Shown: positions 39,570-46,677 of the stretch, in pieces
Layout of the letters: the number at the start of each line of letters is the position of its first letter
Numbering within the stretch: the stretch's first letter is position 1
Position numbers and translations under genes: made by a program
NCBI GenBank assembly: GCA_964459435.1
Contig: CAYWLU010000001.1
Coordinates: 11,151 to 59,765 of the forward strand
Direction of reading: 5' to 3'
Length of the DNA stretch: 48,615 bases
DNA from: an uncultured Candidatus Peribacteria bacterium
Lineage (GTDB): Bacteria; Patescibacteriota; Gracilibacteria; UBA4473
Notes under the pieces: generated by a model
Database searches by the model: none
Told to the model about the DNA's origin: nothing
What the model saw: only the letters and a program-made list of their open reading frames with translations

Positions 39570-40619
39570 ATGGTTAGTTTTGTGTGGAATTCATTTCTCA
39601 AATCTTTTCGTCAGGCTCTACATTCGCCTTTTGGATTACAACTAATCACTCTTGGTATTTTTATAATGTTTATTTTAAGTTTTCGACCACCTTATTTTTT
39701 GTGGTCGAAAGAGCCTTTTGGGGAAGAATTTCTAACTGAAGAAAAAATAAATTTTCCTATTTCAGAAATAGGTTTTTTAGACAATTCTGCAGGAGTTAGA
39801 ACTGCTGGTCTAAGAGAGTTCCTCATGGAAGATGAAGAAGGAAATCTCGTAGTAAAAATTCAACCCCGCAAAAGAGACAAAACCCTTAACTATCTTGTTA
39901 AATCTGGAGATAATCCTGTAAAAATAGCTCATAAGTTTGGTATTAAAGTCTCTACCTTGTTATGGAACAATGGGATTAATATCAAACAACTCTTACAAGT
40001 AGGTCAAAAACTCAGAATTCCCCCTACTGATGGGGTATATTACCAAGTTCAATCCATGGATACCTTAGGAGAAATTGCTAAAAATCATGGCATTGAACTT
40101 TCTAAAATTTATGCTTACAACAAAATTAAAAAAGACTCCGCTCTTCAAGTAGACCAAGAAATATTCCTACCAGATGCGCAAAAAACTTTTGTTGCTAAAA
40201 CTACCACAAACCCAACCAAAAATAACCAACCTGGAGCATTGGAATCTATTGGTATTAGGATTAGAAGACCAACCAAAGGTGTTCTAACTCAAGGATTCCA
40301 TAAAGGACATTATGCTATAGATATTGCCAATAAATTAAATACCCCTATTTATGCTTCAGCTGGTGGCAAAATCATTAAAGCTGATTCTGGTTGGAACTAT
40401 GGTTATGGAAACCATATTATAATAGATCATGGTAATGATGTTCAAACCTTGTATGCCCATCTAAATACCATGAAAGTTTCCAAGGGAGATGAAATAAAAA
40501 CAGGACAATTAATTGGTTTAATGGGAAACAGTGGAAAAGTTTTTGGACCAACGGGAATCCATCTTCACTTCGAACTTCGTATCCGTGGTAGAAAGGTTAA
40601 TCCAAATAATTACTTCTAA
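39570..40619 (+). CDS. LysM-domain M23 family peptidoglycan endopeptidase
   Basis: Two LysM-like repeats (YLVKSGDNPVKIAHKFGIKVSTLLWNN; YQVQSMDTLGEIAKNHGIELSKIYAYN). M23 motifs HKGHYAIDIA, GYGNHIIIDHG, LYAHL, HLHFELR. Confidence 0.85.
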   Translation: MVSFVWNSFLKSFRQALHSPFGLQLITLGIFIMFILSFRPPYFLWSKEPFGEEFLTEEKINFPISEIGFLDNSAGVRTAGLREFLMEDEEGNLVVKIQPRKRDKTLNYLVKSGDNPVKIAHKFGIKVSTLLWNNGINIKQLLQVGQKLRIPPTDGVYYQVQSMDTLGEIAKNHGIELSKIYAYNKIKKDSALQVDQEIFLPDAQKTFVAKTTTNPTKNNQPGALESIGIRIRRPTKGVLTQGFHKGHYAIDIANKLNTPIYASAGGKIIKADSGWNYGYGNHIIIDHGNDVQTLYAHLNTMKVSKGDEIKTGQLIGLMGNSGKVFGPTGIHLHFELRIRGRKVNPNNYF

Positions 40620-40621
40620 GA

Positions 40622-40649
40622 TAGCTATTAGCTTTTAGCGATTAGCTAA
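40622..40649 (+). repeat. Heptamer array TAGC(T/G)NT, 4 units with TAG every 7 nt, 3 nt after the M23 gene stop
   Basis: tagctat tagcttt tagcgat tagctaa, with TAG at 40622, 40629, 40636 and 40643. Confidence 0.85.
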
Positions 40650-40690
40650 GGTGTAAGATTGACAATTTAGTTATTGAAAATACAATTTCT

Positions 40691-40916
40691 TCGCGAATAT
40701 GAGGTAGTTAAGGTAGTGCAGTCCTCCAAAAAATAGATCTTTTAATACTGCGAATACGGGGTAGCTGAATGCGAGTAGGTGTTGTCGAGTGTAGCGAGAC
40801 AATACCGTAAAACGAGCATGAAGACCTCCGTATAAGCAAGAGGAGGTGAGACGAAGTATGACGAGCTATCCCGCTGTGGCGGGATCGCGAGTCCAACGGG
40901 AGTCCTCACCGACGAC
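40691..40916 (+). ncRNA. Candidate structured GC-rich leader upstream of tRNA-Arg
   Basis: Locally much more GC-rich than its surroundings. It has an internal direct repeat GCGAATAYGRGGTAG (40692 and 40750), hairpins ACCTCC-12nt-GGAGGT (40824-40847) and ATCCCGC-tgtg-GCGGGAT (40868-40885), and an enclosing GGTGAG (40845-50) / CTCACC (40905-10) pairing. It ends GACGAC directly 5' of the tRNA. No match to the RNase P, SRP, tmRNA or riboswitch motifs I know. Confidence 0.3.
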
Positions 40917-40991
40917 GCCCCCGTAGTTCAATGGATAGAACAACGCCCTTCTAAGGCGACGATCTAGGTTCAATTCCTAGCGGGGGTACCA
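40917..40991 (+). tRNA. tRNA-Arg (anticodon TCT), CCA encoded
   Basis: GCCCCCG-TA-GTTC-AATGGATA-GAAC-A-ACGCC-CTTCTAA-GGCGA-CGAT-CTAGG-TTCAATT-CCTAG-CGGGGGT-A-CCA folds as a cloverleaf with a G1:U72 wobble and one A:A mismatch at the top of the anticodon stem. Confidence 0.88.
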
Positions 40992-41000
40992 GCTAAAAAA

Positions 41001-41037
41001 CTTTATTCGCCCCTTTGTGGGTGAGGAAAGTTTTTTT
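41001..41037 (+). terminator. Intrinsic terminator downstream of tRNA-Arg
   Basis: The stem CTTTATTCGCC / GGGTGAGGAAAG contains a few wobbles, has the loop cctttgt, and is followed by T7 at 41031-41037. Confidence 0.6.
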
Positions 41038-41144
41038 AAACTGCTTCGGCAGTTAGAATAGAACCGTAGGTTCGCTGAAGCAAACGATCCCGATTTATCG
41101 GGAGAATATTGCGTAACTTCGTCCCCGCAAAGCGGGGTAAGAGC

Positions 41145-41159
41145 TTCCTAGCGGGGGTA
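41145..41159 (+). repeat. Partial copy of the tRNA-Arg 3' end (15 nt)
   Basis: ttcctagcgggggta is identical to 40974-40988, in the same orientation, 154 nt downstream of the tRNA. Confidence 0.8.
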
Positions 41160-41165
41160 ACACTC

Positions 41166-41723
41166 TTAAATAGAAGCATTCCCATCACTTAATGCTCTAT
41201 TTTTAGAACTTCCACTACCAATAGTAGTACAAAAAGGAATTCCTTTATATCTTTGGTTATTTCCGCCTCTACAAAAATTCCCCTGTGTAGTTATTCCTAA
41301 TGTTTTAGAAATCTTGTTTATAGTGCCTAATTTTGCTTGATTTAATCTATCTATATATCCCCAAACTTTTTCATAGGTATTATTCCAAAGAAAATAATTA
41401 TCCTCATCTACTTCAGATAGAAGTTTATAAAATGCGCCCAAAATTCCCTTCTTTTTGGAATAAGTAAAATATTCATTTATTATATCTCTTACTTCACATC
41501 TAAGATTTATAGCTTTTTGCTCCTGACCAAAATCCAGACTCTTCTGTTCACAAACAAAACTTCTTAATTTTATTAGAAATTCCTCAAGTAACTTTAATTG
41601 TTCTATTTGGTCATCATATCTATGCTCTATACTATTTAATCTTAATCCCACTTGATTTTCTGTATCAATAGCATCAATAGCTGGTTCCATTTCTTCCCAC
41701 AAATTAATTTCTTGTTCTGGCAT
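41166..41723 (-). CDS. Hypothetical protein (185 aa)
   Basis: ATG ORF downstream of elp3 on the same strand. Acidic helical N-terminal part; no family recognised. Confidence 0.5.
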   Translation of the reverse strand: MPEQEINLWEEMEPAIDAIDTENQVGLRLNSIEHRYDDQIEQLKLLEEFLIKLRSFVCEQKSLDFGQEQKAINLRCEVRDIINEYFTYSKKKGILGAFYKLLSEVDEDNYFLWNNTYEKVWGYIDRLNQAKLGTINKISKTLGITTQGNFCRGGNNQRYKGIPFCTTIGSGSSKNRALSDGNASI

Positions 41724-41787
41724 AATTTAAAAATAAGATTTTATAAACCTATAATGAAATTATAATTTTTGTCAACATCTTCGTCTA

Positions 41788-43491
41788 TTACCCTAATTTT
41801 TTAGTCATATATGTAGACTTAAGTTCATAACCAAACTTCCGATAGTATTCTCGAGTCCCTACTCCAGCAATAATAGTCATCTTTTTAAGTCCCCATTCCT
41901 CTTTTGCAATTCGTTCTGCCTCAAAAAGAAGCTTTTTACCAAGTCCGCGATGCTGTCCTACTCCTGCCTCTTTGCCCACAGATATTTCTGTACCGTAAGA
42001 ATGAACTTCTCGTACTAAAGCAGCATCTTGTAAGACAGATTTAAAGGAAATATATTTTTTACTACTTGGTTTGCGTAAACGAAGTAAAGCAAAAATATGT
42101 TTTTCATCTTCTGTTTCAAATGATAAAAATACTTCTTGTCCCCCAGAAGCTTCATAGTCTCGTCTTTTCAAAACTGGTACTCCTAAGTTTTTATTAGTTG
42201 AAAACCCTACTTCCCGACATCTAATACACTGGCAAGACCAAGTTTCAGGAACATCTTTCATATCACTTCCTAATAATTCTTTTAGTTTCTTGGGTTGATC
42301 TTTCATAATCTGCCGTAGATTAGAAAACTTTACTCCATCTAGAACATCAGAAATAGGAATATCTCTCATAAGTCGCATAATCCTCGTCCAAGGTGGAACA
42401 AAAGTTTTGAATTGTAATAGTAATTTTACTAATTCTTTATCCAACATCGGCTGAAAATCACCTTTTCTCCACCAATTCTCCAATTCTGAATTCGCCAACA
42501 CCTGACAAGGATAAATCTTGATAAAATCTGGACGAGCATCTGAACTACTAAAAACCTCTTTCATCCATTCAAGATCTTTTTCAGCATTAGACCCCGGAAG
42601 TCCAGGCATTAAATGCCAACAAATCTTAAATCCAAAATCTCGCATTAACTGCATAGCTTTAGCAACATCTTTCCTAGTATGCCCCCGTTTAGTTAGTTTT
42701 TGCACTTCATCATCTAAGGTTTGCACCCCTATTTCTATCCGTGTACAACCAAGTTTACGCATCCTAACTAACTCCTCTTCGGTAATAAAGTCTGGTCTAG
42801 TCTCTAGAGTTAATCCAATGATTCTATGTTCTGCTGTTTCATTAATTTTCTGTGCCTCAGTTAAATTTTTTGAAGTTTGAGAGTTTGTAGTTTGTAGTTT
42901 GAAATTTATAGTTTGTAGTTTGTAGTTTGAAGATTGAAGATTGGAATGGTTCGCCGCATCAAAAACTCGTTTCACATACCAACTTTGATATTTTTTAGGT
43001 AAAAAAGACCAAGTCCCTCCCATAACAATCACTTCTAATTTGGAAGTAGGGTGTCCAGAATCTTTTAAAGCCGCAATTCTAGATTCTACCTGCCGAAAAG
43101 GATGAAATTTATTCCGTAAAGCACGAGCTGCAGCCGGTTGCGAAGAAAGATAACTCTTCGGCATCCTATCCTCTAGGGGGCAATACACGCACTTACCGGG
43201 GCATGGATATGCTTTAGTGAGAATCCCGATAGGAGAAACGCCAGAAACTGTTCTAACCGCTCTTTTTTTAAAAAGATTCTCTAAATCTTCTGGCAACTCT
43301 TTGTCACCAATAACAGCAATTAGATCTCTATTTAAAATCGGAGGTATTCCTGTACGAGCCGAAAAATTTCTTTTCTTTTTTTCCAATTCATCTCTAGTTT
43401 TCGGTGGAGTTTTACAAAGTTCATCTAAAAACTTCTCCACTTCTATTGGATTTTCTACCTGCTGTCGGACACCAAAATTTTTCTTTTTCAT
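41788..43491 (-). CDS. elp3: Elp3-type radical SAM / GNAT acetyltransferase (bacterial Elongator protein 3 homolog)
   Basis: Radical-SAM cluster motif CPGKCVYCP, ..GLTLETRPD.., and a C-terminal GNAT domain (..HRGLGKKLLFEAERIA..). The ATG at 43491 overlaps the upstream stop as ATGA. It carries a roughly 75-nt heptamer insert. Confidence 0.85.
   Translation of the reverse strand: MKKKNFGVRQQVENPIEVEKFLDELCKTPPKTRDELEKKKRNFSARTGIPPILNRDLIAVIGDKELPEDLENLFKKRAVRTVSGVSPIGILTKAYPCPGKCVYCPLEDRMPKSYLSSQPAAARALRNKFHPFRQVESRIAALKDSGHPTSKLEVIVMGGTWSFLPKKYQSWYVKRVFDAANHSNLQSSNYKLQTINFKLQTTNSQTSKNLTEAQKINETAEHRIIGLTLETRPDFITEEELVRMRKLGCTRIEIGVQTLDDEVQKLTKRGHTRKDVAKAMQLMRDFGFKICWHLMPGLPGSNAEKDLEWMKEVFSSSDARPDFIKIYPCQVLANSELENWWRKGDFQPMLDKELVKLLLQFKTFVPPWTRIMRLMRDIPISDVLDGVKFSNLRQIMKDQPKKLKELLGSDMKDVPETWSCQCIRCREVGFSTNKNLGVPVLKRRDYEASGGQEVFLSFETEDEKHIFALLRLRKPSSKKYISFKSVLQDAALVREVHSYGTEISVGKEAGVGQHRGLGKKLLFEAERIAKEEWGLKKMTIIAGVGTREYYRKFGYELKSTYMTKKLG
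42869..42943. repeat. Roughly 10-unit heptamer tract (TTTGTAG / TTGAAGA types) inside elp3
   Basis: tttgaagtttgagagtttgtagtttgtagtttgaaatttatagtttgtagtttgtagtttgaagattgaagattg, read on the minus strand as NLQSSNYKLQTINFKLQTTNSQTSK. Confidence 0.85.
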
Positions 43492-44102
43492 TGTCTCGCC
43501 CGTAGTTTCCACTCTCCCCCTAAAAATTCAAGATAAAAACCACCTGTTTCTTTAATAGAAACCAAAGGAATCTTGTTTTCTTTGGCTAACTTCTCTACTT
43601 TTTTTGCTGGTTTCCTCTCTCCCAAATACAAAATACCCTTGTCTGGCAAAGGAAAAAAATCTGGGAAATCATTAGTTTGTAAAACCCAAAAATCTGAAGA
43701 AAAGGAAATAGATAATGCTCGCAAATTCATTAATTCTTCTTCTGTTATTTTTCCTATCAACCAAAATCTTTGGCTATCAGATTCAAAATTAAAAATATTT
43801 TTAGAAAGAACGCTCAACCTAAAATCTTCCCCTTGGAATTCTTTATTCTCTTTTAGTTCTTCTATTCTTAGAATTTCAGAATGAGAAAAATAAGGCTGAA
43901 GAGAACGAAAAAGGCTTTTAATGGAACTATTTTCCGTATCACCAAAACTCAAAATTTGTTTACTTGGGGTTTGAATTAAAACCACATTTTTTTCTGCCAA
44001 AATCCTTAATTCCTGTTCTTTAGATAGAGAAAATTCTCTCACCAAAAAAAGTATTAGGATTACTCCCAAAACTCCAAGTCCAATCTTAAATATATTCTTC
44101 AT
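43488..44102 (-). CDS. Membrane-anchored protein, possibly a degenerate ComEC-type metallo-beta-lactamase-like domain
   Basis: One N-terminal TM helix. ..NVVLIQTPSKQILSFGD.., ..RFWLIGKITEEEL.. and ..GILYLGERKP..VEKLAKENKIPLVSIKETGGFYLEF follow the order of conserved blocks of the ComEC C-terminal MBL domain, but the His motifs are missing. The assignment is weak. Confidence 0.4.
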   Translation of the reverse strand: MKNIFKIGLGVLGVILILFLVREFSLSKEQELRILAEKNVVLIQTPSKQILSFGDTENSSIKSLFRSLQPYFSHSEILRIEELKENKEFQGEDFRLSVLSKNIFNFESDSQRFWLIGKITEEELMNLRALSISFSSDFWVLQTNDFPDFFPLPDKGILYLGERKPAKKVEKLAKENKIPLVSIKETGGFYLEFLGGEWKLRARQ

Positions 44103-45060
44103 TAGCTGGTTCTTTAGGACTTTCTTCCACTTCTTCTTCAGAAGAAAGTTCTTTTTGCTTAGCTCTTAAACTAGAAAAAGATCTTTCCCACACTGCTGTA
44201 GAAAAAATTTCTACGATAGCAGTTAGATAAGAAGCTAAAGAAACCAAAACCACTCCTAAAACTATTGCCAAGGTAACCATAAACCCCAACCATGATGATT
44301 GTGCAAAATAAGTTGCTGCTCCCAAAATCCCCATAGGAACACCAATAATTACTAACACATTAATAATAATTCGGAAATTAACTAAAAACATTAGTAAGAT
44401 TATAGCCATGGTTACACCAAAATTGAGGAAAACTAAACCAATACTTTTTCGAATAGATTGTCCCAAATCACACTTTTCACAAACCAAGAAGTAAGGCACG
44501 AAGGACATAAAAATATTAATAAAAAAGGAAATAATTAAATAAGGTATAATTACTGGTAACACAATTTGAGAAAAAATTTCTCCATGATAATAACGATACA
44601 TAGTTGCCGCAAAAAGCATTATGGTCATTAATGCAAACGGAGAAAATAAAGCTCTAAATTCAAATAACTTAAAGAAATAAGCCCCCCCTTCAATTATTTT
44701 CTGTCTCAAAGAAAGCCTCTTTTCTGGACAATTAAACCCTTGTCGAACAGATAAAATCAAAGTTGCTTGAATCCATGGCTGTAAAACAAATTCAAAAATA
44801 AGAATAAAAACAAGCAAAGAAAATGCCCAACCAAGTAGATGATGAGAAGTTAGAAAAGACAAACTTGTACCAATTGTCCTATAAACAAATTCATGTTCAA
44901 CAATTCCGAACTCCGCCGACAACATTCCTAGTTGCCAAGCAATTTCAAAAATAAAAGTAACTACCGCAGCAAAACTGGCTACAAAACAGAACCATTTTAG
45001 TTTAGAAGAACTAGTTGTTAGTTCCCACGCATTATGAATTACTTCAGCGTAGCGCATCAA
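44086..45060 (-). CDS. Polytopic membrane protein (about 8 TM helices), hypothetical
   Basis: Long ATG ORF, hydrophobic throughout, with an acidic C-terminal tail. It overlaps the downstream gene by 17 nt. Confidence 0.6.
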   Translation of the reverse strand: MMRYAEVIHNAWELTTSSSKLKWFCFVASFAAVVTFIFEIAWQLGMLSAEFGIVEHEFVYRTIGTSLSFLTSHHLLGWAFSLLVFILIFEFVLQPWIQATLILSVRQGFNCPEKRLSLRQKIIEGGAYFFKLFEFRALFSPFALMTIMLFAATMYRYYHGEIFSQIVLPVIIPYLIISFFINIFMSFVPYFLVCEKCDLGQSIRKSIGLVFLNFGVTMAIILLMFLVNFRIIINVLVIIGVPMGILGAATYFAQSSWLGFMVTLAIVLGVVLVSLASYLTAIVEIFSTAVWERSFSSLRAKQKELSSEEEVEESPKEPANEEYI

Positions 45061-45185
45061 GAGGAATTCTCGATGGTTTCAATAAAAAAGTCAATGAAGA
45101 ATAAGTTGTTAGCTTTTAGCTTTTATTCATTAGGTGTATATTTATTTTCTAAAAACTAAATACTAATAGCTAATAACTAGGCACT

Positions 45186-45197
45186 ATATTATAATAT
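45186..45197. repeat. All-AT palindrome ATATTATAATAT overlapping the comEC start codon
   Basis: tATATTATAATATg; the comEC ATG is at 45196-45198. Confidence 0.8.
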
Positions 45198-46677
45198 GCT
45201 AAGTATTCCAATCTTAACCAAGTCAGAAAAATTACGGCTTGTTTTGATTGTTCTATTTATTGGTTTATTTTTGGGTCAAAAAAATGAATCGGTACAAATT
45301 TTTCTCTTACTAGGAACTATCCTTTTTTTTCTATCCATCGTTTGGAAAAATTTCTGGTTAGGTTTAGTTGCTACTTTTCTTTTAGCCACAAGTTTTAGTG
45401 TTTGGCGAATAACAACTGATCTACAAAATGACGAACTAAGTCAGTATCACACCGAAATCCAAGAAATTACTGGTTTTGTATCTAGCTTTCCAGACCAAAG
45501 AGAAAAAAATAACCGAGCTATTATCACTACAAAACAAGGAAAACTACTTCTGGTTGTTACTCCTCTCACAGAACTTAACTACGGCGATGAATTAAAATTT
45601 ACCGGAAAACTTACCCGTCCTCGCAACTTTCAAGATTTTAACTACCAAGAATATCTCCGTCGTTTTGGAGTACAAACTATTGTCCGCTATCCCTCTAAAT
45701 TTAAAATATTAAGCATTAGAACCCAAGGAAATTGGTTACTACGCATTGCCGCCAAAACTCGTCAGACTCTATCTAATAACTTAGAAAGGGCACTCCCCCT
45801 CCCTCACAACAAAATTGCCATGGGAATTCTTTTGGGAGTAAAAAACGAATTACCTCCTTCCACTAAAAAAGAATTTACTAGTTCTGGATTACAGCATTTA
45901 TTAGTTGTTTCTGGCTTCAATGTCACAATTATTATCATTTTTATTTCTTTGTTTTTAAGAAAATGGGGCAGAAGAGCTGTTTTTATAGGAAGTATTTTGG
46001 CCTTAATTTTCTTTGTCGCCATGACTGGACTAGAAGCTCCCGTTCTACGAGCCTCTTTAATGGGCTCTATTGTTGCCTGGAGTGTCGCTCTGGGAAAATT
46101 TTCAGATGTCCGCAATCTCATTTTTCTTTCTATGGTCGTCATCGGACTTTTTAGTCCCCGTCTTATTCAAACAGACATTGGTTTTTTCTTATCTACTTTG
46201 GCAACCTTGGGAATTATTTTTGGTGTTCCAATCTTCGAAAAAATCTCAGCAAAAATTCCTAACAAACTTGGACTCAAAACTCTTTTGATAGTAACTCTTT
46301 CCGCTCAAATTGCAGTATTACCTATTCTAGGACTTTATTTTGGTAGTTTTCCCGTGGTAGGAATTCTGTCTAATTTGTTAGCAGAACCTTTGATTCCTCT
46401 CAATATGCTTTTTTCTTTTATAGTTACTCTGACGGGATTTCTTCCCGAATTTATAGCTACTATTATTGCTATTCCTGCCTTTATTGGTTTGGAGATTCTT
46501 TTACAAATTGCCCATTTTTTTGGACAAATAGAACCGCTTCCTGTTTCCAAGTTGGTAGGGAATATTAGTTTAGTTCTTGTTCTGTCCTTTTTCACATGGG
46601 CTAGTTTGTCTAGAACTTTTGCCCAAAAATTTTTAATTGATTTTTCTAAGCAAAAACTCAAGAATCAACCTAGATGA
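45196..46677 (+). CDS. comEC: ComEC/Rec2 DNA-uptake channel core (DUF4131 plus competence domain, no MBL domain)
   Basis: ..SSGLQHLLVVSGFNVTIIII.. competence-domain signature with multiple TM helices. The 493-aa protein ends right after the membrane domain. Confidence 0.8.
   Translation: MLSIPILTKSEKLRLVLIVLFIGLFLGQKNESVQIFLLLGTILFFLSIVWKNFWLGLVATFLLATSFSVWRITTDLQNDELSQYHTEIQEITGFVSSFPDQREKNNRAIITTKQGKLLLVVTPLTELNYGDELKFTGKLTRPRNFQDFNYQEYLRRFGVQTIVRYPSKFKILSIRTQGNWLLRIAAKTRQTLSNNLERALPLPHNKIAMGILLGVKNELPPSTKKEFTSSGLQHLLVVSGFNVTIIIIFISLFLRKWGRRAVFIGSILALIFFVAMTGLEAPVLRASLMGSIVAWSVALGKFSDVRNLIFLSMVVIGLFSPRLIQTDIGFFLSTLATLGIIFGVPIFEKISAKIPNKLGLKTLLIVTLSAQIAVLPILGLYFGSFPVVGILSNLLAEPLIPLNMLFSFIVTLTGFLPEFIATIIAIPAFIGLEILLQIAHFFGQIEPLPVSKLVGNISLVLVLSFFTWASLSRTFAQKFLIDFSKQKLKNQPR

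Noticed and set aside
40691-40916. GC-rich segment considered as RNase P RNA, SRP/4.5S RNA, tmRNA, 6S RNA or a self-cleaving ribozyme
   Set aside because: It has no GAGGAAAGUCC / ACAGAA-type RNase P blocks, no SRP domain IV motif, no tRNA-like tmRNA ends and no hammerhead CUGAUGA...GAAA core. It is kept only as an unclassified candidate structured leader or repeat.
45190-45195. TATAAT inside the AT palindrome taken as the comEC -10 box
   Set aside because: It abuts the ATG at 45196, so a transcript starting about 7 nt downstream would begin inside the ORF. Most other copies of the palindrome lie between convergent genes.
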